Virus record (IMG/VR): IMGVR_UViG_3300031920_000373
Span: 758-64,757 of that record
DNA: 64,000 nucleotides
DNA from: a virus
Strand: one strand, 5' to 3'
The translations under genes and the position numbers were made by a program. The notes under the pieces are model-generated. The model worked only from the letters and a program-made list of their open reading frames with translations, made no database searches and was not told where the DNA came from. Positions 28,498-37,100 of the stretch are shown one piece after another. Position 1 is the first letter of the stretch. Each line of letters begins with the position of its first letter.

Positions 28498-28510
28498 AAA
28501 AGGAGTTTTT

Positions 28511-29209
28511 ATGTTTATTGACATTAATAATCTTTCTATATTGGATTTAACTGGCCTACGGGAAATTAAAACCAATATAGAAAGAGAAATTAAACTAAGG
28601 GAAAAAACATTAAAAGAAAAAAGAAAAAAGATTCAAGAAGAAAAAGATAAAATAACCATAAAAAAAGAAAATAAAACAGAAAAAAAACGGCAAGACTGTA
28701 AAAAACACAAACTGTATCTTCCCCTCCCCATAAATGGACATTATTGTAGATGTCTGTCATACCTTCCTTACCTACTTAGTCAAGATTGGACACATCTGTA
28801 TAAAGATGCCTGGTTAGATGATGAAAAAAAATACTATGTATATGCCCACACAAATCCTTTAAAACAAAATACACACATAACAAGTAGGTTAATAATACCT
28901 GGTATTCCTTTTTATATAGGAAAAGGTACAGGAGATAGAGCATGGGATTTAAAAAGAAATCAAGGGCATGGTAAAGAAATAAAAAAAATATCACTATTTG
29001 TACCTGAAAACGATATTGTTTTTATAGTTAAAGATAATCTTACAGAGGAACAGGCATTTATATTAGAATCAAAACTTATATATTTCTTTGGTACTATATA
29101 TGGATTAAGAAAAAAAGGTATATTATATAATTTAAATGAAGAAAGAACTCCTTTGTTTAGTGAACAAAAATTTGTGTTACGAAAAAAACAAAATAGGGGT
29201 GTGGTATGA
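28511..29209 (+). CDS. GIY-YIG (LEM-3/Ankle1-like) endonuclease
   Basis: YYVYAH...PFYIGKGTGDRAW...LTEEQAFILESKLI; start refined to ATG after AAGGAG; AT-rich. Confidence 0.8.
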   Translation: MFIDINNLSILDLTGLREIKTNIEREIKLREKTLKEKRKKIQEEKDKITIKKENKTEKKRQDCKKHKLYLPLPINGHYCRCLSYLPYLLSQDWTHLYKDAWLDDEKKYYVYAHTNPLKQNTHITSRLIIPGIPFYIGKGTGDRAWDLKRNQGHGKEIKKISLFVPENDIVFIVKDNLTEEQAFILESKLIYFFGTIYGLRKKGILYNLNEERTPLFSEQKFVLRKKQNRGVV

Positions 29210-30576
29210 AACATGGTGAAGAATTTAATCCTAGAATAAAGTTCTACGGACTTTTTGTTCCTAATTGCATAGCTATGAATGATAAAATACTTGATGCTCC
29301 TAAGTTACTGTTAGGAAGATTAATGCAGTTTGCAGGAAAAGATGGAAAAGCTTATCCTACTGTGGGCAGATTAGCTATGGAGCTTGGATGGAGCAAAAAG
29401 AAAAGTCAAAGAAATATAAAGGTCCTGAAAGACATGGGCTTAATAAATGTAAGTAAATTAGAGCCTGACAACCCTATCTCTCCGAATATATACGCATTCC
29501 CATATAGCCCACTATACGACTTTGAACCGGGTGACAATGTTGACACCGGGTGTGATGGAGAAGACGATGGAACCTCTATACCGGGTGACACGGATGTCAC
29601 CGGGCCGGTGTCACGGATGTCACCACATATAATAGAATCAGAAATAATAGAATCACCTATTTGTAATTCTTCTAAAGAAGAATATGCTCCTGCGGAGCCT
29701 ACCTCTGCGAGTGATAGTCCTCTTGATTACAATGGCTTACTTTGTTCAATGTGTAATGAACCTCAATTCTCTTGTAAATCAGGAGATACCTGCAAGAATG
29801 GGCATGGAGGAGTTGAAGGCATTGAAAAAGAAGAAATTGCTCCTATATCAATATTTCCTACTAAGTTAAAAAGGATTATTAAAACTCCGAATCCTTTCAA
29901 ATATTCCCCTAAGACATTGAAAATCATTGTTCATTGGGAAAAACGTGGAGGTAAAGTTCATTATAAAACAACATCAGGCAATGGGCTTGATAAAATCAAA
30001 AATATGATTGATTATGAATTATTAACTCCTGGATTAAACTCTTGCTATTCCCGACATACGAAAAATGATGACCTTAAAAAGAAACAGTGGACTGTAAATG
30101 AAATTTTGCAGTCAATTGATTTTTATACCCAAACTTTGAACAAAGATGTTTCCAAAATGTATTTCAGTCAGTTTGTGTGGATAGAGTATTTTGGACCCGC
30201 ATCCCGTCATCTTAGAAACCACTCACCTTTGCTTGACAGCTTTAGAAATCTTCCCGATGAAGCTACAGAAAAATGGCAAGCATTGCTCAGGAAGAAATTC
30301 AATAAACTGTTTCCTTCAGTTGATATCAACTCCACAGTTCTTCTCAATACTGCCGCCTATCTTGTTCAACAAGATATAGAGTTTAAGGTTGTTGATAGTG
30401 GAGTACTTGGCAATCATATGGTGAATCTATATGTTGCCTATATGAGAAGGATAGTAACTGCTAAAGGTGATTATGAATCCTTAAAATATATGTCGGGACA
30501 AAAGAATCTGGATGATTTCGTCACATACTTCCTAACTAAATCAGTAAAGCTGAGAAAGAGGTCAAAACTTGCTTGA
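29206..30576 (+). CDS. Replication initiator / replisome organiser with N-terminal wHTH
   Basis: KLLLGRLMQFAGKDGKAYPTVGRLAMELGWSKKKSQRNIKVLKDMGLI; lies immediately upstream of the helicase; internal DNA repeats. Confidence 0.7.
   Translation: MKHGEEFNPRIKFYGLFVPNCIAMNDKILDAPKLLLGRLMQFAGKDGKAYPTVGRLAMELGWSKKKSQRNIKVLKDMGLINVSKLEPDNPISPNIYAFPYSPLYDFEPGDNVDTGCDGEDDGTSIPGDTDVTGPVSRMSPHIIESEIIESPICNSSKEEYAPAEPTSASDSPLDYNGLLCSMCNEPQFSCKSGDTCKNGHGGVEGIEKEEIAPISIFPTKLKRIIKTPNPFKYSPKTLKIIVHWEKRGGKVHYKTTSGNGLDKIKNMIDYELLTPGLNSCYSRHTKNDDLKKKQWTVNEILQSIDFYTQTLNKDVSKMYFSQFVWIEYFGPASRHLRNHSPLLDSFRNLPDEATEKWQALLRKKFNKLFPSVDINSTVLLNTAAYLVQQDIEFKVVDSGVLGNHMVNLYVAYMRRIVTAKGDYESLKYMSGQKNLDDFVTYFLTKSVKLRKRSKLA
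29526..29625. repeat. Iteron-like repeats and palindromes inside the initiator gene
   Basis: CCGGGTGACA x2, CACGGATGTCACC x2, palindrome GGTGACA-cgga-TGTCACC. Confidence 0.6.
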
Positions 30577-32083
30577 TACTAAAACCATTTCTTCCACAGA
30601 AGAAAAGCGGATTGTGACGGGTATGATTGTCTCCACTGAATTTATGCAGGCCATCAAGCCCATCTATTCTCTGGACTACTTCAAAAATTCTTATTTAAAA
30701 ACAGTCGCCGAATGGGTGGATATATTCTTTGAGGAATACGGTAAAAGCCCTTTCCTGCATATAAAAGATATATTCGAGGCAGAGTCACATTATCTGGATG
30801 AAAATGATGTGGAAATGATTGAAATGCTTCTCGGTGATCTGGATGATAAATTCGATGAAGGAGAGATAAATCTAAAGTATTGGACAGACAGTGCAAATGA
30901 TTATTTCCGTTCCCGGGAACTTGAGATAACGGTCAACAATATTTCCGTATTAAATGAGAAAGGAGATCTTGAAGGTGCTGAAAAGGAAATAGAGAACTTC
31001 AAGAAAGTTACCCTTGAGATTGATCAGGGGGCACTTATTAATCCTGGTGACTTAAATCAACAGGAGAGAATCTATGAAAAGAGGGAAAAGGATGATAAAA
31101 ACTTTTTTCAACTTCCAGGGGATCTGGGAAAATATCTTGGTAATCAGAAACGTGGTGATGTTGTTGCTTATTACGGACCCGCCAAACGTGGTAAAACTTT
31201 CACCCTAATCAATCAATTCAAACATGGTGTCCTGAATAGACGTAAAACCTTATTCTGGTCCATAGAAATGACGGATACAGAATGTCTCCCAAGAGTAAAC
31301 AAATCCTTCTATCCTATGATAGACAAAGAACCCGGAATATATAAATTTCCTGTATTTGATTGTGTTCACAACCAGACTGGGGATTGTGGGGATGGCTTGT
31401 CCCCTGCTATTCTTTATCAAGATGGAGATTTCGTAGACGACCCTACTCATATTCCTTGTACAAAGTGCCGAAAACATCCTGATAATGCTGAATCAGTAAG
31501 GTATGAAATGGCAGTATATCAGGACTCTATTTATAGGGAACATGATGATATTTTTGCTATTCGTGAAGTCCATAAAAAATATAAGAGGATGTTTGATAAA
31601 TATGGCAGATTATCAATTCATCCCAAGTACACACTTACCTATGAAAAGATGATGCGTGATCTGGATGTTTTTTGGAGAACTCAGAAATGGTTTCCTGATA
31701 TCCTGATCATTGATTATATTGACATTCTTGGAATTAATTCAAGCTTTGATGATTACAGGCTTGAAGATGAAAGATGGAAGTTACTCGCTAAGATTGCAGG
31801 TGAAACAAACACACTGGTAATCACAGCGACACAGGCAAATAAAGCGGGCCATACTACTGATGTCTTGGACGCAACTCACCAGGGTGGATTTTATGGCAAG
31901 AACAGGCACGTTAACTTAATGGTTGGCTTAAATCAGCCAGCAGAAGACAAGGCACGGGGAATAATGAATTTTGGTATAACCGAAGCAAGGGACAAGGAAT
32001 ATATCCCAGGTCAAACATGTGCTGTATTACAGGACTTTAAGACCGGCCAAGCTTACTTAGATTCATATTACGCCTACGTGTAA
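30569..32083 (+). CDS. dnaB: DnaB-like replicative helicase
   Basis: GPAKRGKT, WSIEM, LIIDYID, ITATQANK. Confidence 0.88.
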   Translation: MLDTKTISSTEEKRIVTGMIVSTEFMQAIKPIYSLDYFKNSYLKTVAEWVDIFFEEYGKSPFLHIKDIFEAESHYLDENDVEMIEMLLGDLDDKFDEGEINLKYWTDSANDYFRSRELEITVNNISVLNEKGDLEGAEKEIENFKKVTLEIDQGALINPGDLNQQERIYEKREKDDKNFFQLPGDLGKYLGNQKRGDVVAYYGPAKRGKTFTLINQFKHGVLNRRKTLFWSIEMTDTECLPRVNKSFYPMIDKEPGIYKFPVFDCVHNQTGDCGDGLSPAILYQDGDFVDDPTHIPCTKCRKHPDNAESVRYEMAVYQDSIYREHDDIFAIREVHKKYKRMFDKYGRLSIHPKYTLTYEKMMRDLDVFWRTQKWFPDILIIDYIDILGINSSFDDYRLEDERWKLLAKIAGETNTLVITATQANKAGHTTDVLDATHQGGFYGKNRHVNLMVGLNQPAEDKARGIMNFGITEARDKEYIPGQTCAVLQDFKTGQAYLDSYYAYV

Positions 32084-32097
32084 AAGGAGGCATTACT

Positions 32098-32694
32098 ATG
32101 CCAGAAAAAATGTGGGAACCTGTAGAAGGTGTGAAAAGAGAAAAAGAGTGGATTGGTGTTAATCTTGATGGAACTCTTTCCGTTTACCATAATGAAGAAT
32201 TTTATGGTAAATACGGTCCAGAAACAATTGGCGAACCTATCCCTGAAATGGTTGAAAGAGTAAAGTGGGGGGTCATGAACGGAAAGAGAGTAAAAATCTT
32301 TACTGCTCGGGCCTCTTTTAAAACAGCCAAGCATCTGGGAACTCAATCCTGGAAAATGAAAAAAGCTGTTCATCAATGGTTGCTTGACAATCTTGGATTT
32401 GATCTTGAGGTAACAAATGAAAAAGACTTTGCAATGGTTGAACTCTGGGATGATATCAGTCTTGTCTGTGTAGAACGTAATACAGGAAAAGTATGTAATA
32501 CTAATTTGGTAGAAAACCACACGGTTGTTAAAAAGGGAACTTTCATCTTGCGTTGTGAGCCTTCCGTTCCTATTGAGTTACGCCACCAAATGGGAGAATT
32601 GATCGGACAGCATGGATTTGATGTGCATGGATCTGGTGAAAGGCTTAACGGTAAATCATGTGATATCTCCTTTTCAAAAAAACAGTTGATTTAA
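32098..32694 (+). CDS. HAD-fold / polynucleotide-kinase-phosphatase-like protein with altered motif I
   Basis: WIGVNLDGTL, IGEPIPEMVERVK, IFTARA, VTNEKDFAMVELWDD. Confidence 0.65.
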   Translation: MPEKMWEPVEGVKREKEWIGVNLDGTLSVYHNEEFYGKYGPETIGEPIPEMVERVKWGVMNGKRVKIFTARASFKTAKHLGTQSWKMKKAVHQWLLDNLGFDLEVTNEKDFAMVELWDDISLVCVERNTGKVCNTNLVENHTVVKKGTFILRCEPSVPIELRHQMGELIGQHGFDVHGSGERLNGKSCDISFSKKQLI

Positions 32695-32765
32695 GCTCTT
32701 TTAAACACAAAGCAGTATCATAGCACTAAAAACGCTTAAAACGCTTAAAAAGCATCAAATCCTTG
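32686..32765. repeat. Phased A-tract element (dispersed family)
   Basis: gtatcatagcactaaaaacgcttaaaacgcttaaaaagcatcaaatccttg. Confidence 0.55.
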
Positions 32766-32773
32766 TACACGGT

Positions 32774-33001
32774 TTGAAAGGATTAAAAACAATGATCATA
32801 CGAATGAATCAAACAGAAGTAAAAATGGCGGAAACTTTTTTAGAAAAAGTAAAAACGGGTGAAGTGACTCACGGAGTTGTTTGCTACAGAGATAAAAAAG
32901 GAACAGTTTCTTATCAATTGTTTAGTCCTGAACATGTGACATATATAATAGGCATGATGGAAAGATGCAAGCATAAAATCATGAATGATTTCGGAGAATA
33001 A
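32774..33001 (+). CDS. Hypothetical protein
   Basis: ORF track. Confidence 0.55.
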   Translation: MKGLKTMIIRMNQTEVKMAETFLEKVKTGEVTHGVVCYRDKKGTVSYQLFSPEHVTYIIGMMERCKHKIMNDFGE

Positions 33002-33185
33002 ATTTATGAAGGCATTTAAAAAAGATGAAAATTTTGGGGAAGCAGGTGAATGGCAAATTTGTGCTAAAGATAGAAGGGAAGTTGAATTAGCCTTTCAAGA
33101 ATATTCTGATTTCTATATACAGGATGAAGCAATTGATGATATGATAGTGGTTCTTGAAAAATTAGGATATGTGAAAATTGAATAA
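32985..33185 (+). CDS. Hypothetical acidic protein
   Basis: ORF track. Confidence 0.55.
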   Translation: MISENKFMKAFKKDENFGEAGEWQICAKDRREVELAFQEYSDFYIQDEAIDDMIVVLEKLGYVKIE

Positions 33186-33296
33186 ACAAAAGGAATTTTT
33201 TAATACACCGACAATCGCAAGTAGCATTTACCAGGAGGAAGAGGATCAGGCAAGAAGGCTCACCCTTTGTTCATGAAACCATTAAAGGAGACTAAA

Positions 33297-33791
33297 ATGA
33301 AGTATTTTCAAATTGAAGATCATTGGGATGAATTACTTCCCATTTATACTTGTAATCAGGCAACTGAAATTTGGTATAATGAAATGGAAGCCTATGGTAG
33401 AGGGAAAGATGAAGATTATGGATTAACAAACTGCCGTACAAACCCATTAACACCCGAATTAACACCTATGGATTATGATAGCTGTGATTGGAGACTTAAT
33501 ATAAACGAGGATGGTAGTTGTGGTCCTGTCATAGTAAGACCCGAATTTTGGAAATATGTTTGCCATAGTGCTTGTCATTGGCTGGTAAATTTAAGTTTAT
33601 TTGTAGCACAACAATATACCCCTGAGAAACAATGGAGAATTGTTTCGGGTAAAGAACATTCTACTGTTTGGGATGGAGAAGACACTTTATGGGATGCTAA
33701 TTTTTTAGCTTTAGGTATTGATGCTGATGAAGCATGGAAGTTAGCTAATGATGTGCATTATCAACCAAATGAGTACATGCAACACCTTTAA
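33297..33791 (+). CDS. Hypothetical phage protein
   Basis: YVCHSACHW and GKEHSTVWDG segments; AAGGAG SD. Confidence 0.65.
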   Translation: MKYFQIEDHWDELLPIYTCNQATEIWYNEMEAYGRGKDEDYGLTNCRTNPLTPELTPMDYDSCDWRLNINEDGSCGPVIVRPEFWKYVCHSACHWLVNLSLFVAQQYTPEKQWRIVSGKEHSTVWDGEDTLWDANFLALGIDADEAWKLANDVHYQPNEYMQHL

Positions 33792-33825
33792 GAAGTTTTT
33801 AAAATCGGTTAAAAGGAGGTAAATT

Positions 33826-34938
33826 ATGAAAGCATCCATAACTAATGTAATAAAATTTGAGACCGCTCACCAGTTGACTGACTCTTACTCTGAGGAAGAT
33901 AATACCTATACTTGCCCTGTGTGTAATAAGGAAGGAATAAAAAGCATATTTTCTCATTGCAGTAATACAGGTGATAGTGTTCATTTAAACTGGATACAAA
34001 AATTAAACGATGAAATAAATGAAGAAATTGACAATCTTTTTCCTGATTATATGCAAATGGAAATAAATTTGAAATTGCAGGAGATTTTACCCACCCTGTC
34101 TCCTAATATTATTGCAAATAAGATCAGAAGCAGAGCAAAGGAAACAGGTATAAATACCAGAAAAGTATTAGGGAAATGTAGAACTGGGTTAAATAATCCT
34201 GTACATACGAAAGGAACAAAGGATAAAATATCTAAATCAGTCAAGAAGAAGTGGGAAGAAGGTTCTTATTCAGATAGAATAAATGGAATGCAAGGGAAAT
34301 TAGGGCCTTTATCAGGAAGATACGATCCATCAATTCATACCATAGAACATAAAGGTCTATATTATTTTAATTCTTTTTTATCTGAATTTCAAGATATTTC
34401 AGTGTGTTCAAGATGTAAGGGTGTTGAAAATAAAATTAATGTACACCACATTGACGAGGACCATAAAAACTTTCTACCGTCAAATCTTGAGCCCTTGTGT
34501 GTGCTCTGTCATATGTCCAATCACTACAAACAAGTTAAGAAGCCATTCGTTACTATAGGAAAAGAATTTACATTTGCGGCGGCACATCAATTACCAAACC
34601 ACCAAGGGATGTGTCAATATCTCCATGGACATGAATGGAAGCTTAGAATTGAGTTGAAAAAGAGGGTAGATTTTAAAACAGGAATGGTAATGGACTTTTC
34701 TGATTTGAAAAAAATAGTGAAGGAGCATGTAATATCTATACTTGATCATAACACCTTAAATGAGATAATATATAATCCGACAGCCGAGAATATCCTAATA
34801 TGGATCTGGGAAAAACTAATGTTTGAAGGCCTGCTCAAGGGAATTTATAAAATTCATTTATGGGAATCATCCGATAGTGTAGCAGTACTTGACCAGAAAG
34901 GGATGTTATCCGTTTTTACTGAAAAAGGAGTAAAATAA
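33826..34938 (+). CDS. queD: QueD (6-carboxy-tetrahydropterin synthase) fused C-terminal to an HNH endonuclease
   Basis: FTFAAAHQLPNHQGMCQYLHGHEW, VMDFSDLK, LDHNTLN, NPTAEN, LWES; HNH CSRC...VHHIDEDHKNFLPSNLEPLCVLCH. Confidence 0.9.
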   Translation: MKASITNVIKFETAHQLTDSYSEEDNTYTCPVCNKEGIKSIFSHCSNTGDSVHLNWIQKLNDEINEEIDNLFPDYMQMEINLKLQEILPTLSPNIIANKIRSRAKETGINTRKVLGKCRTGLNNPVHTKGTKDKISKSVKKKWEEGSYSDRINGMQGKLGPLSGRYDPSIHTIEHKGLYYFNSFLSEFQDISVCSRCKGVENKINVHHIDEDHKNFLPSNLEPLCVLCHMSNHYKQVKKPFVTIGKEFTFAAAHQLPNHQGMCQYLHGHEWKLRIELKKRVDFKTGMVMDFSDLKKIVKEHVISILDHNTLNEIIYNPTAENILIWIWEKLMFEGLLKGIYKIHLWESSDSVAVLDQKGMLSVFTEKGVK

Positions 34939-35597
34939 TGTTTGTAGCTGATATATTTGAATCATTCCACGGAGAAGTGAATGGACATCACCAAGGACGA
35001 ATTGTCACATTCATACGCCTCTCTGGATGTAATCTTAGATGTTCCTATTGTGATACCAAAGAAACATGGGATAAACTTTATGGGGAAAATCTTAGCCCTC
35101 TTCTAATCCTTAACAGAGTTAAAGAATTAGGACATAAACACGTTTGTATTACAGGTGGCGAGCCTTTACTGGATAAGGCGGCAGTACTGGATTTAATGCA
35201 TATATTATCAGAGGAAGGGTATCGCATATCCGTTGAAACAAATGGCACTATCAGTATCACTCCTTTTGTTAGATTTGTGGATAGCTTTATTATTGATTGG
35301 AAAATACCCCCCAGACCGTTTAAAGGAAAGAATCTATTCCTTGAATCTAATTTGGTAAATTTAAGGAATACAGATATTATCAAGTTTGTGGTTATGGATG
35401 AAGATGATGTTATACTGGGAATAAAACTAACGGAAATAATTATCAGAGACAAATATAAATCAAATACTCTGGTTGCTTTTTCTCCTATTATTTCAGAAGA
35501 TTTTTTACCAAAGCACTTAGCAAACGCATTGCTTTACCATAAAGCTAAAAACTGTATTTTATCTGTCCAGATTCATAAACTTATTGATTTCAAATAA
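34938..35597 (+). CDS. queE: QueE radical SAM 7-carboxy-7-deazaguanine synthase
   Basis: IFESFHGE, FIRLSGCNLRCSYCDT, ITGGEPLL, VETNGT, SVQIHKLI. Confidence 0.93.
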   Translation: MFVADIFESFHGEVNGHHQGRIVTFIRLSGCNLRCSYCDTKETWDKLYGENLSPLLILNRVKELGHKHVCITGGEPLLDKAAVLDLMHILSEEGYRISVETNGTISITPFVRFVDSFIIDWKIPPRPFKGKNLFLESNLVNLRNTDIIKFVVMDEDDVILGIKLTEIIIRDKYKSNTLVAFSPIISEDFLPKHLANALLYHKAKNCILSVQIHKLIDFK

Positions 35598-35636
35598 TGG
35601 TCCTGTGCAACATGCCGATATTACACGGATTTAATC

Positions 35637-35690
35637 TTAATGATTTTTTATTAAAAAGTGCTTGACTTCTCATTCATTTTTCATTAAGAT
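35637..35690 (+). promoter_or_regulatory. Class II promoter with upstream palindrome
   Basis: TTAATGA-TTTT-TTATTAA, 7 bp, TTGACT-N17-TAAGAT. Confidence 0.75.
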
Positions 35691-35760
35691 GTATTTAAAT
35701 TGTTCAAGAGTGAAAAAGCAGTTCAAGAGTAAATTTAATTAATTTTTAAGGAGAAAGAAA

Positions 35761-36330
35761 ATGGCAAAACTGACAGACGCCCAGAAAGCAGAAATGGCAA
35801 AATTAAAAGCGATTCCCAATGATTTGATGAAATTATCCATTGCATCCCTCAATACCTTCTTGACCAGCAAGGAAAAAGACAAAATGCCCAAAGCAAAATC
35901 CAAGGGCGAAGCCGTAAAACTTTTTACCGATGCAATTGCAGGCCTGCTTGAAGCTGACCTGGGTGAAGAAATTCCGGAAGATGTTGCAACTTTTTATAAC
36001 GACCATGTTGTGGGTGACGATGCAGAGGCTGGTGATACAGGTGCTGATGATGGAAAAGCCGCCCCCAAGCCCAAAGCTGACAAGACCAAAACAACCAAAC
36101 CCCGGAAAACCAAAGCGGAAATACAAGCCCGGTATGATGCAATCTCTGCCATGATCGTCACAGGTAAACATACCAAAAAGGAAATCGTGGATGAAGTTGC
36201 TCCCAAGTTTCCGGATGTCACGGTCAGCACCATCTCCACATTTGTGCAGGACTGTATGAATGTTAAATACAACAAATTGCCCAAGTTGACGGTTAAGGCC
36301 GAAGACGGAAAACTCTCCTTCGCCAAATAG
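35761..36330 (+). CDS. Lys/Ala-rich protein with C-terminal winged-helix-like domain; paralog of 6500..7009
   Basis: AAGGAG SD; shared T.KE...FP....ST.ST...D..NVKY pattern. Confidence 0.75.
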   Translation: MAKLTDAQKAEMAKLKAIPNDLMKLSIASLNTFLTSKEKDKMPKAKSKGEAVKLFTDAIAGLLEADLGEEIPEDVATFYNDHVVGDDAEAGDTGADDGKAAPKPKADKTKTTKPRKTKAEIQARYDAISAMIVTGKHTKKEIVDEVAPKFPDVTVSTISTFVQDCMNVKYNKLPKLTVKAEDGKLSFAK

Positions 36331-36363
36331 TCCTGCCCCTATGACATTTAATGAGTAACCCCG

Positions 36364-36410
36364 AAAAGGCGGAGCGTCCCTCAATTCCAACAGCTCCGCC
36401 TTTTTTATTT
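36364..36410 (+). terminator. Intrinsic (bidirectional-type) terminator just upstream of queC
   Basis: AAAAGGCGGAGC-N17-GCTCCGCC-TTTTTTATTT. Confidence 0.75.
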
Positions 36411-36425
36411 CAAAAGGAAAACGAT

Positions 36426-37100
36426 ATGAATGGAGCCGTTGTATTGTTAAGTGGAGGACAAGATTCTACCACGTCATTATTTTGGGCTTTGTCCAAATAT
36501 GATGACGTTTTTGCCTTGATTCTTGACTATGGACAGAGGCACAGGATAGAAATAGAATCAGCAAAGAAAATTGCTGAATTGGCTGGTGTCGAGTATATGG
36601 TAATTGACCTTAACTTCTTTAAAGAAATAGGCAACTCTGCCTTGATTGGGGATGTATCAGAAGTAAATGAACCGCATTCCTGTGATTCAAATCTGCCCGC
36701 ATCATTTGTCCCTGGAAGAAATCTGATTTTTATCACTATCGCCTCTATGGTAGCATATAAGAGAGGACTGAACGCTGTTGTTACTGGTGTTTGCCAAACA
36801 GATTATTCGGGATATCCTGATTGCAGGAACGCCACAATGAGGGCATTAAATGAGGCAATCGTGAAGGGCTTGGATAAAGCTATCTTGATCAGTACACCTT
36901 TGATGTGGTTGACAAAAGAGGAAACTGTCAGACTGGCTCAGTCATTTGAAGGCTGTATGGAAGCTCTGGCATATTCTCATACTTGTTATAATGGAGAGTA
37001 TCCTCCCTGTATGCATTGTCCCTCATGCTGTTTAAGGACAAGAGGATTCAAAGAAGCAGGTGTAAGGGATCCACTGATTGTGAGGTACTATGATAAGTAG
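36426..37100 (+). CDS. queC: QueC 7-cyano-7-deazaguanine (preQ0) synthase
   Basis: LSGGQDSTT, DYGQRH, FVPGRN, SGYPDCR, TPLMWLTK, CYNG...CMHCPSC; start refined. Confidence 0.95.
   Translation: MNGAVVLLSGGQDSTTSLFWALSKYDDVFALILDYGQRHRIEIESAKKIAELAGVEYMVIDLNFFKEIGNSALIGDVSEVNEPHSCDSNLPASFVPGRNLIFITIASMVAYKRGLNAVVTGVCQTDYSGYPDCRNATMRALNEAIVKGLDKAILISTPLMWLTKEETVRLAQSFEGCMEALAYSHTCYNGEYPPCMHCPSCCLRTRGFKEAGVRDPLIVRYYDK

Noticed and set aside
33877-34548. Group I intron interrupting queD
   Set aside because: The insert is open reading frame over its whole length with no room for a catalytic RNA core, and I saw no P7-like elements; in-frame fusion is more parsimonious. RT-PCR would settle it.
36331-36410. 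preQ1 riboswitch upstream of queC
   Set aside because: Lacks the recognisable preQ1-I (GGUUCUAG...AAAAAACUA) or preQ1-II features; kept only as a terminator
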